From: Candidatus Latescibacterota bacterium
Lineage (GTDB): Bacteria; Latescibacterota; UBA2968; GCA-2709665
DNA: 64,000 nt
Assembly (NCBI GenBank): GCA_965208835.1
Contig: OZ242358.1
Span: 1,088,001-1,152,000, forward strand
Reading direction: 5' to 3'
In this document: positions 18,940-26,831 of the stretch, one piece after another
Numbering within the stretch: position 1 is the stretch's first letter
Layout: each line of letters begins with the position of its first letter
Notes under the pieces: model-generated
Told to the model about the DNA's origin: nothing
What the model saw: the letters and a program-made list of their open reading frames with translations, nothing else
The model's database searches: none
Program-made: the position numbers and the translations under genes

Positions 18940-19146
18940 TCAATAGTCCCACTTACGCCAAAAATCACCAGACTTTTTGTATATAAAGAGAGTTAAGCCC
19001 AATCTGTAACAAATACGTTCCGCCTCCTCTTGGGCTTCCCGTTTAGTACGATATATGCTTATAGGAGCCACCTTTCCAGCGATTATATTTTCCCAGCGCC
19101 TATACTCTTGCGAATAACGCACTGACACACCTTGATTATCCAACAT
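18940..19146 (-). CDS. DUF2188-like small protein
   Basis: YRTKREAQEEAERIC...LFIYKKSG..RKWDY pattern; GGAG RBS. Confidence 0.55.
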   Translation of the reverse strand: MLDNQGVSVRYSQEYRRWENIIAGKVAPISIYRTKREAQEEAERICYRLGLTLFIYKKSGDFWRKWDY

Positions 19147-19168
19147 ATTTGTCTCCCTTTTGTTTTTA

Positions 19169-20020
19169 CTATTCATAATGATGACAGTGTACGCACACAA
19201 TCAAAGGTTCACTCTTGTATTCACGGCCAGACCAATCTTTTGTTTTACCTACAATTTCGTACTTCCGATAGCGGTCTACCATAGGACCGACCAGTACTAC
19301 TTTTCCACTATTCATAGGAATAGTGTTCCAGGGGATATTTTCCTCACCGTCCACTAAAATAGTCCACTCTTTAATTCGTGGGCGTCGGCTCCACGTAATG
19401 ACTGCTTTAAGATGTGGACTTTCCCTTTCACTTTCCCAGCCCAAGCGGACCAGTATTGGGGGACCAGGAGTTTTGAATTCAGGGGTCACCACAGTATCGG
19501 CTTTTGCTGACGAATAGAACGGTAAGCCCGCCCCTTGATATACTGCATTAATCTCAATGATATATTCAATTCCAGCTAATAAAGGTTCAATTTTGAACGA
19601 GGTTGCGTTTCGCGACACATCGAAATACATAGTAAATTCATCTATTTTTGCTTTCAACGCTTTAGGGACAGGGTGGGGACTGTGAGTAATTTTATATTGT
19701 TTTAATATTCGTCCGGCAACAGCAGGTCTGTCGGGTGGTTCCCAGATCAATCTAACGTTACTAGGAGATACGGAATCTATCTGTGTGTTCCTTGGCGAAG
19801 GGTGGTTACGTTCTTTTTCACATTCGCCAGACCACGGTTGTCCAAATCGTTTAGCGAATTCTATGAAATCGTTAAAATCGTACTCAGTACCAAAATCCCG
19901 GGAGAATAAAATAAAGTCAGCAAAATCGACCTTTCGATCATCATTCAAATCCCAACAAATTGCAGAATTGTTGGCCTCACCTGAACTAATCAGTAAGAGG
20001 CAAGCCAAGACCCCCAACAT
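19169..20020 (-). CDS. Secreted protein with dockerin/EF-hand-like motif and FN3-like domain
   Basis: Signal peptide; DLNDDRKVDFADFILF; PSPRN..VRLIWEPP...L.AGIEYIIEINAV. Confidence 0.7.
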   Translation of the reverse strand: MLGVLACLLLISSGEANNSAICWDLNDDRKVDFADFILFSRDFGTEYDFNDFIEFAKRFGQPWSGECEKERNHPSPRNTQIDSVSPSNVRLIWEPPDRPAVAGRILKQYKITHSPHPVPKALKAKIDEFTMYFDVSRNATSFKIEPLLAGIEYIIEINAVYQGAGLPFYSSAKADTVVTPEFKTPGPPILVRLGWESERESPHLKAVITWSRRPRIKEWTILVDGEENIPWNTIPMNSGKVVLVGPMVDRYRKYEIVGKTKDWSGREYKSEPLIVCVHCHHYE

Positions 20021-20025
20021 ATCCG

Positions 20026-20199
20026 TCCCCCTGTGGCCCTTGCAGAGCCAAAATGAAAAACGGACCCTTCCCAGACGACAGGAAAGATCCGTTTTGTGTT
20101 AAGGCTTACCGACATCCCCTCCTGTCGCCCTTGCAGAGCGATGCATCTTCAGCTAACTAAAAGGTGTCGGGCCTTGCAAGCATCACAGGAGGGTGAGCC
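20026..20199 (-). promoter_or_regulatory. Structured leader with repeated boxes and an internal terminator (C4-antisense-like)
   Basis: Box GCTCTGCAAGGGCnACAGG at 20115-20139 and 20026-20048; complementary box at 20174-20193; terminator at 20056-20095. Confidence 0.5.
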
Positions 20200-20430
20200 G
20201 TGCCTATTCCCTGGGAGTTCAGGTATTATATTCAGCACGAAACCCGACATAAATCGGTCCCTCCGGATACTTGCGCTGAACAAGTTACAGAAACAAACTT
20301 GACAACGCAACCAAAATTAAGTATGGTTTTTGAAATACAAGGTTTGCAAGACCTTAGAGATTAATATAATTGAAAGCACACAAAAGGCGTGCGCTTTCAA
20401 TTATACCATTCCATTTCTCAGGAGGGAGAA

Positions 20431-20985
20431 ATGAAACGACAGGATATTATTAAACGTCGGAGGCAATTCAAGATTCGGGGATTCGGATACAAGACATTGA
20501 CAGAAGTCGGGTTAGACGGAGACTATGTTTCACCGATACAAAAAATCTCGAATAGCGCCACCGGTCCCATATTAATCGGGAAACATTGGAACAGTGCCAA
20601 AAACGCACTACAGAAAAAAGACCTGCTGTTAGAATTCGGGTACGATGTCTTCTCACGTTTTAATAAAGTTCTGGATGCGGCATTGAAATGTGCGGATATG
20701 AACCGTGCAGACGTATACATCACACAAGCCTTTCATCTACTACCTGGAACCGATAAAGGCCAATCCATCAAACCTAAACATATTTATCAATCTTTTCGAG
20801 AAATCACAATACATGAACTTGACGGACGTCCCGTTATTGCAATGGGTGGTACTGCACAAAAGGCTTGTAATCGCTTCAGTATTGAATATATTCCAGTTCC
20901 CCACCCGAGTCATCGTACAATGTCGATAGAAAACCGTGTTATCGCATTACGAAATGCATTATATAAATCTCGGCAAATATCATAG
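20431..20985 (+). CDS. Uracil-DNA glycosylase-superfamily protein (passenger, paralog of 9057-9617)
   Basis: Same motifs, long identical blocks such as GFGYKTLTEVGLDGDYVSPIQKISNS. Confidence 0.65.
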   Translation: MKRQDIIKRRRQFKIRGFGYKTLTEVGLDGDYVSPIQKISNSATGPILIGKHWNSAKNALQKKDLLLEFGYDVFSRFNKVLDAALKCADMNRADVYITQAFHLLPGTDKGQSIKPKHIYQSFREITIHELDGRPVIAMGGTAQKACNRFSIEYIPVPHPSHRTMSIENRVIALRNALYKSRQIS

Positions 20986-21037
20986 ATACCGAAATACTTT
21001 TCTTGTAAAGTAACTCCAAACACCATTAATTTCTCCC

Positions 21038-21082
21038 GAAAAGATTCGTCTTCCCTCTCCCCCAGGAAGGCGAATCTTTTTT
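21038..21082. terminator. Bidirectional-type terminator
   Basis: AAAAGATTCGTCTTCC...GGAAGGCGAATCTTTTTT. Confidence 0.65.
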
Positions 21083-21143
21083 ATTGACTTTTATAGCTTT
21101 CTTGTCTACAATCCCCAAACACCCTAAACCGTGGAGGTAACTT

Positions 21144-21359
21144 ATGTTTTCATTGTTCAAGTGGTATTGTTGCCGATACATGCTCAGGGTAGTTTGCGTT
21201 GATTGCAGTTACGGAGATTGCAAAGCCACAATTTTCCATGTCTGTCAGGACAAGAAATACAGACCCAACCGGCCAGGCATGGGATGCGAAAAGGAGGCGT
21301 GTCTCAACGCTCGCAGAAAACACGGTATTCCTAAGACCTTACATAAAATCTACTCATAA
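21144..21359 (+). CDS. Small Cys-rich protein
   Basis: GGAGG RBS; 8 Cys in 71 aa; hairpin at 21364-21386 after the stop. Confidence 0.45.
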   Translation: MFSLFKWYCCRYMLRVVCVDCSYGDCKATIFHVCQDKKYRPNRPGMGCEKEACLNARRKHGIPKTLHKIYS

Positions 21360-21412
21360 CAAAAGCCCGGAACAGTTGTTCCGGGCATTATTTCTTAAAA
21401 GGAGGATTTTCA

Positions 21413-21658
21413 ATGTCTAAAGAAAATTGGTCTATAGAAGACTTAGTATTTGGAACTCATGACATGTTTATTGCGCTACTAGAGATTCTTGAGGAACCTG
21501 TAAAAACTGATTTTCGTCTGCGTGTGCTTGCTCGGGCTCAGCGCCTACGTCATAGTGCAGATTTTGAAGTACGGTTAGAACATAGGCAATCTTTGATTCA
21601 TACGGCTGAGCTACTTGAAGACTTTTCGGAATACTTACTGCGTCGTGAGAGCTCATAA
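21413..21658 (+). CDS. Hypothetical passenger protein
   Basis: AGGAGG RBS; 81 aa. Confidence 0.55.
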   Translation: MSKENWSIEDLVFGTHDMFIALLEILEEPVKTDFRLRVLARAQRLRHSADFEVRLEHRQSLIHTAELLEDFSEYLLRRESS

Positions 21659-21686
21659 TAATTCTCCCTATAATAAGATATATCTT

Positions 21687-22142
21687 TCAACTCCCATTCC
21701 GTTCAAACACTACAACAATAAGAACTGTCTCCAAACTGTTATTCAGCATCTGTTGAATCTCGCTTATATCCTCACCAGCACTCCGCATATTTTCTATAAA
21801 ATAGACACCTGTCATCATAAGGTTTAATTTTGAATCCGAAACCTCAAAAGACCACACAAACTTATTCCCGCTGGGCTGCGTCATCGTCAACTTGTTATTC
21901 TCTGTTGTCCAGGTTCCCTTGTCTCCAACATTATCCTCCCAACTCCCATCTTCTCGAAACTCCACACTACGCAAATTGTCAAAAAATCCCAACGCAATAT
22001 CGGTCCCGCCAAAGATCGCCTCGAATCCCGGAAATCTAGTTTCAGATAGAACCCACTTCCCAACAAGAGGGTCTACAGGTTCAACGGCTTTATCTTTACA
22101 ACCGATCAGCAACAAGACAATAATCAATAGTGTGTGTCTCAT
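21687..22142 (-). CDS. Lipocalin-like lipoprotein
   Basis: Lipobox LLIGC; LVGKWVL, FREDGSW, GTWTTENNKLT. Confidence 0.7.
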   Translation of the reverse strand: MRHTLLIIVLLLIGCKDKAVEPVDPLVGKWVLSETRFPGFEAIFGGTDIALGFFDNLRSVEFREDGSWEDNVGDKGTWTTENNKLTMTQPSGNKFVWSFEVSDSKLNLMMTGVYFIENMRSAGEDISEIQQMLNNSLETVLIVVVFERNGS

Positions 22143-22375
22143 CACTCAACCCCCTTTTTTGTGCCACAATACACGGAATTCTCCGCCCAATCTTCATATT
22201 TAGTGCTGATACGTGATCGTGGGCTGTGGGTTCTACAAATACGATTCCACGGCCCTTCCGATTTAAACATTTCACCACACTTGAGACAGCGACGTTTTTT
22301 CCGTGTCGAAGCATCCCCCCTGCACAGATCGTTATAGTGAGGAACACTTTTGGAACTTTGATTATTTCTTCTCAT
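22142..22375 (-). CDS. Small Zn-ribbon protein (phage-like)
   Basis: RRCLKCGEMFKSEGPWNRICRTH; start uncertain. Confidence 0.5.
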   Translation of the reverse strand: MRRNNQSSKSVPHYNDLCRGDASTRKKRRCLKCGEMFKSEGPWNRICRTHSPRSRISTKYEDWAENSVYCGTKKGVE

Positions 22376-22508
22376 CTGTTGTCTTATCTCTTTTCTTTTT
22401 CGTCTTTGGAGCACTATTCGCCGCAAATGGTCGACGCTGTTTTAAGATCGCTCGACCAACCTCTTCCGGCGTGAGATCGGTTTTGAATACTTCGTCCTTT
22501 TTCTTCAT
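22362..22508 (-). CDS. Small basic protein coupled to the transposase
   Basis: MKKKDEVFKTDLTPEEVGRAILK; ATGA overlap with the transposase stop. Confidence 0.5.
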   Translation of the reverse strand: MKKKDEVFKTDLTPEEVGRAILKQRRPFAANSAPKTKKKRDKTTDEKK

Positions 22509-23416
22509 GCTATCAGCTCCTGGTATTGGAGTCGTTGACCTCGCATCCCCTGGGCTATCGTCTTCATGAATCCGTAAACGCCCAGGGGTCGCGCATTGTG
22601 TCGGGCTGTGAACTCCCTCACGTATAGCCAAAGGTGTTTCGGACTCATTACGTGATACGTTCCCATATACCCGCGCTTGAACAGGCTCCAGAAGTTTTCT
22701 AACGAATTGGTATGGACATCCCCCTTAACATACTGCTTTGCGCTGTGTTTGACAAATTCGTGATAATAGACTCCTGTTAGCATCTTATATGCGTTATGCT
22801 CATCGCTGTAAACCTGCATATCCCTGTAGACCCATTCGTAAACTGGTTCGCACAAAGTATCATGACTCATATCGTCTAAGACCTGTGTCCTGATTTTCTT
22901 CGTACCTCTTTCATAGACACCGATCACAGGGACTTTCTCAGCCCATCCCCTCTTGAATTTCTGGCCACTGACCCGATGTTTATTCGATTTCTTACCACCC
23001 ACAAAGGTTTCGTCTACCTCAACTGTGCCCAAGAATTTCCGCTTTAGGTCCAAACACGCGTGTCGTATTCGATGCCCTAAGTACCAAGCCGTTTTCTGTG
23101 TTATGTCCAGGTCTTTTGCCAACTGTGTCGAGGAAATCCCCTTGGGTCGAGATATTAAATATATGGCAAAAACCCACTTACGAAAAGACAAATGAGACCG
23201 GTGTAGCAGATTACCTGTCCTTACCGAAAAGTCCATCCGGCAACTGCGACATCTATACGGTAACGGCTTCCGAGTTGGTCGCGCCTGAATATCCTTGCTC
23301 CCGCAACCTGGGCAACAAACACCTTCCGGCCAAAGTAACTTTTCAAACCAAGCCTCCGCTGAAGCCTCGTCCGGGAACATCTCGTGCAATTTGAATATCG
23401 AAATTTCTTTTGACAC
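22505..23416 (-). CDS. IS1595-family transposase
   Basis: CPGC...CRSC, VEVDETFVGG, VYSDE, VHTNSLENFWSLFKR, YVREFTARHN; AGGAGG RBS. Confidence 0.93.
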   Translation of the reverse strand: MSKEISIFKLHEMFPDEASAEAWFEKLLWPEGVCCPGCGSKDIQARPTRKPLPYRCRSCRMDFSVRTGNLLHRSHLSFRKWVFAIYLISRPKGISSTQLAKDLDITQKTAWYLGHRIRHACLDLKRKFLGTVEVDETFVGGKKSNKHRVSGQKFKRGWAEKVPVIGVYERGTKKIRTQVLDDMSHDTLCEPVYEWVYRDMQVYSDEHNAYKMLTGVYYHEFVKHSAKQYVKGDVHTNSLENFWSLFKRGYMGTYHVMSPKHLWLYVREFTARHNARPLGVYGFMKTIAQGMRGQRLQYQELIA

Positions 23417-23438
23417 GGGAACCTCCTTTCGATATTAT

Positions 23439-23606
23439 GTAGTAGAAAGGGCTTCGTCTGCAAGGAGGCTCGTCATGCCAAAACCACGACGAAGAAAAAT
23501 AAGAAAACGTATTATTAAAATAATCCGAATTGGACCAACAACTATAACAATACGAGTTCCATTTATACGCCGATAGTACCTATTTTGACGAAGCCCTTTC
23601 CACTAC
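23439..23606. repeat. 20-bp inverted repeat enclosing a 33-aa ORF
   Basis: GTAGTAGAAAGGGCTTCGTC (23439-23458) / GACGAAGCCCTTTCCACTAC (23587-23606). Confidence 0.8.
23475..23576 (+). CDS. 33-aa Arg/Lys/Ile-rich micropeptide
   Basis: AAGGAGG RBS; MPKPRRRKIRKRIIKIIRIGPTTITIRVPFIRR. Confidence 0.5.
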   Translation: MPKPRRRKIRKRIIKIIRIGPTTITIRVPFIRR

Positions 23607-23694
23607 TTTATAGGGCGTGGCACGACTTATTACTGGCCCTAATAATATATATTAAGGAGTTCCAAAAGACAAGTTATTTTTTCGAGGAGGCAAA

Positions 23695-23973
23695 ATGTCT
23701 AATCTTAATAACAGCGATACCTTAAATATTCCTAATTGTTTTTCATTTATTGAAACACATGGTCATCCACTTACACAACGGGCTGCTCATAAATTTAAAA
23801 ACCATTTAAATACAAATATCGTTTCTATTCAATTTTGGTGGTATGATGCAAAAACAGTATCAGATAGAGCTATTTGTATTCGTGGCGCACTCCGTAGAAT
23901 TGTTAAAAATAATAGAGAAAAGGGGAGATGCAGTAACCAATTTAAGGCATTGTATCAAATCAAATATCAGTAA
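23695..23973 (+). CDS. Hypothetical passenger protein
   Basis: GAGGAGG RBS; 92 aa. Confidence 0.5.
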   Translation: MSNLNNSDTLNIPNCFSFIETHGHPLTQRAAHKFKNHLNTNIVSIQFWWYDAKTVSDRAICIRGALRRIVKNNREKGRCSNQFKALYQIKYQ

Positions 23974-23997
23974 ACGAAAAATCTCATAAGGAATAAA

Positions 23998-24204
23998 ATG
24001 CCCAACTATTACGTAAACCCAAACCCTCAACCAAATGGGGATCAAGAAGTACATAAATACGGATGTTCTTGGTTACAATTAGTTCGAAATCCTATATTTC
24101 TTGGTAATTGGGACAGTTGTTTTCCAGCCGTTAAGGAAGCAATATATCAAGGATATAATGCAAATGGTTGCGCTCATTGTTCGCGCCCCTGCCATACTCG
24201 ATAA
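23998..24204 (+). CDS. Small conserved-type Cys/His protein
   Basis: YYVN..Q.NGD.EVH..GC ... ANGCAHCSRPCHT pattern. Confidence 0.65.
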   Translation: MPNYYVNPNPQPNGDQEVHKYGCSWLQLVRNPIFLGNWDSCFPAVKEAIYQGYNANGCAHCSRPCHTR

Positions 24205-24455
24205 GCTCTTTCCCACTCACTTTCATTATCATATATTGTTATAATCCTACCATCCTCTAAGTCGATTCGGCTTAATATCTTTTTGTGACCACAACAACTA
24301 GCAATAGTAAAGACCCCACCTGCGTTGAGTGCCGCCACTATCTGATGTATGCAACGGTCAATGCATTGAACACGACCTTTAAGTGGCATACATACCTGAT
24401 TCCTATAAGTCTTCTTCCCACCAGGTAAATCGCAAAATTCACAACCTCCTGACAT
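24174..24455 (-). CDS. Phage-like hypothetical protein
   Basis: IDRCIHQIVAALNAGG..TIASCCGH; GGGGAG RBS. Confidence 0.6.
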   Translation of the reverse strand: MSGGCEFCDLPGGKKTYRNQVCMPLKGRVQCIDRCIHQIVAALNAGGVFTIASCCGHKKILSRIDLEDGRIITIYDNESEWERAYRVWQGREQ

Positions 24456-24474
24456 AAATAGACTCCCCTACCTT

Positions 24475-24558
24475 CCCATAACCCCTTTATTTACAACAGT
24501 TAAGCCAATTTTTATGGGATAAAAATACCTAAACCGTTGTAAATAAAGGGTTTATGGG
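24475..24558. repeat. ~25-bp subterminal inverted repeat
   Basis: CCCATAACCCCTTTATTTACAAC ... GTTGTAAATAAAGGGTTTATGGG, abutting the right IR. Confidence 0.7.
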
Positions 24559-25865
24559 CGGGTAATTAAGTATATGGGTGCCTAAGATTGACAGAATCAT
24601 CGCCGCTGCTCGAGGCATGGAATCTTTGGACAGCGTAGATTATGCTGTTACCCTCGTAGAAATAGAACCGTCCCGGGCCACGCGGCTCCCAATCTGGCGC
24701 CACCATTGACTTCTTGCGGTCGTCAAAGCCGACGTAACGAATACGGCGCAACAGGGTCTGGTGAAAACGGAGTTCATAGTATCCCGCATAATTATTCTTG
24801 GATACTAATTCTCCGCGGGTCCATTCCTCGTCACGAGCTATATGATCTTCCGCGTCAGTGATTCTTATCGTAAACTCAGGAAATGTTGTGTGGTAGTAGC
24901 TCGCATTTACGCCGAAACCGGGAATTGGTGACCAGTAATCCGGTTCACTCAAATACCGTTGTATTCTTTCGAGCGGTGGTATATCCAAGCCGAAGCGCTC
25001 CCGCCACATTCGTTCAATCTCGTGGGCTTGCGTAGCTTCATCTACAGGAGTGTTTGTGTCGCAAACGCGCGAATATATGTGGTGAGCGCGGATTTTTCCA
25101 AAACGTTGTGTAAGATAGTAGGGCTTATGGGGAGCATCCTCAATTACCAAAACATCCAGTAGTTCATCCCCAAATTCGATTTCTTTCAGGTAAAATTCAG
25201 GGACCCTCGATTGAAAGAACTTTCTCGCGTTGTCGCGGAATAGACCCGCTATGTCTGCCTGTGTTCTTCGGCTTGGATCTTCGTTTATCGGATGGACAGA
25301 ATAGTCGCTGTCGTCAATCCCATAAATCAAGAATCTATCACCATCGTGGTTGGCGTTCGCAAGGCACAGGACATCGTGAACAAGATCAGCTTTGTTTTCA
25401 TGATGTTCACGTTTGAAGTCCCAATATGTACCCTCGGCTCTTCGACTTATGAGGGTTGAGATGGTCGTGTGAAACCCGCCCTCGATAGTCATTTGACCTC
25501 TAAGCGCTGGGAGTTGGCCCGCCGTTTACCGCTGTTATGTGGCGGTTCAGACGGGGACAACCGGTTTTTCGCGCCGTAGCGGCGCCGTCTACGTACGACG
25601 ATTAGTATGGTATTCTCAGTTGGCGATTGACTGGCTAAGGCGTCGAAGAAACAGACAGGTATCGGTTCTAAGCGGACGATCCATCCACAGCTCCGAATGT
25701 CTCATAAAAGCATCCGCCTTAATTCATCATCACAGTCGATTTCGGTAGCATTCAACGTCAGGATGAAACCCACCTGCTCTTTCCAGCCCATCTCTCCGCT
25801 AAATTCATTTCACTTGAGTTGGACTCGGAATTGCCTATCTAATTCGCATACAAAGGAGCCTATCG

Positions 25866-26831
25866 ATGCCCTGCGAAATTCCAATTCTTGTTGAAGAAAC
25901 TGACATAGATCAAATCTCAAGATCACCGATATATGAAATCATCCAGCACATATTTGGCTCAATTATTGCGATTGCACCGGAGAAGACTAACGAGATACTC
26001 GGCCTGATATTTGGGCACGATGTGAAGTTTAGCTTGGAGAACAGGGAAAGATTCGATTTCGCCGTAAAACTATCTGAAAGCAAGATCAGTGTGTCCCTGC
26101 AGGGACTCGAATTTTTGTGGGCTACAAGCTATGCCTACTATGTCATTTATCAAACCGCTGCACTACCGGAAAACCAAAGTAAGGGAGTTCTTTCCCTCTT
26201 AGACCATCCAGAGACGTGTACTGCCGCGAAGCTTCTGCAGTGGGCTGTGGATCGAGAAACTTCCAAAGTAGCAAACATACCGTGGCCATCGGACTGTCCC
26301 AAACCTCAGCGTTCTGCTGAGTCATCGGGTCTCAGCAATTCGAACGCGACTTGGGTCGCGCAGGAGATGTTTTTGTGTGCTGTTGGATGGATCCTTCACC
26401 ACGAGCTTGCCCACATAAGGCTTGGGCATCGAGATATCCCGTTGGATTCACTGAAGGAGGAAACCGAGGCTGACAAACTAGCTACCGAGACGCTCGTTCA
26501 AGGTATCACAGACAAAGATCATCTTTTTAAACGCGGTCTCGGGATCACGAATGCACTATTGGCACTCTGTTGCCTTGATATGGAAACAAGGGACGTGCAG
26601 TGGTCCAATATTCCTCGCAGCCATCCAAATGTGGCAGAAAGGTTGTTTAGAGCGTTGGGTCATCAAGCTCTTGCCAATCAGTCCGATGTCTATACCTTTG
26701 CTGTATATATCCTTAAGCTACACTTCGATCATCTCGGCATTGAGATTCATCCACGAGATTACGCTGACGTGAAGTGCTGTCTAAGTGACTACTGCTATGA
26801 ATTGCAGGAGTGGCAAAGACGGTCGAAATAG
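25866..26831 (+). CDS. Phage exclusion Lit-family (peptidase U49-like) metalloprotease
   Basis: WILHHELAHI zinc motif, ETEADKLA, SHPNVAERL. Confidence 0.75.
   Translation: MPCEIPILVEETDIDQISRSPIYEIIQHIFGSIIAIAPEKTNEILGLIFGHDVKFSLENRERFDFAVKLSESKISVSLQGLEFLWATSYAYYVIYQTAALPENQSKGVLSLLDHPETCTAAKLLQWAVDRETSKVANIPWPSDCPKPQRSAESSGLSNSNATWVAQEMFLCAVGWILHHELAHIRLGHRDIPLDSLKEETEADKLATETLVQGITDKDHLFKRGLGITNALLALCCLDMETRDVQWSNIPRSHPNVAERLFRALGHQALANQSDVYTFAVYILKLHFDHLGIEIHPRDYADVKCCLSDYCYELQEWQRRSK

Larger units (their letters stand above)
16078..24582 (-). mobile_element. IS1595-family cargo transposon (8505 bp)
   Basis: IRs AGCACCTATATACTTGATTACCCGC and (reverse complement) GGCACCCATATACTTAATTACCCGC; 8-bp TSD TAAGATTG at 16070-16077 and 24583-24590; AT-rich; a single transposase. 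Confidence 0.92.
15843..25492 (-). pseudogene. AlbA_2 (Schlafen-like) domain protein, split by the 8.5-kb IS1595 transposon (25492-24583 + 16069-15843; 378 aa)
   Basis: EGTYWDFKR, HDVLCLAN, LIYGIDD; rejoins in frame as ...DDSVNL|SVKLRRG. Confidence 0.85.
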
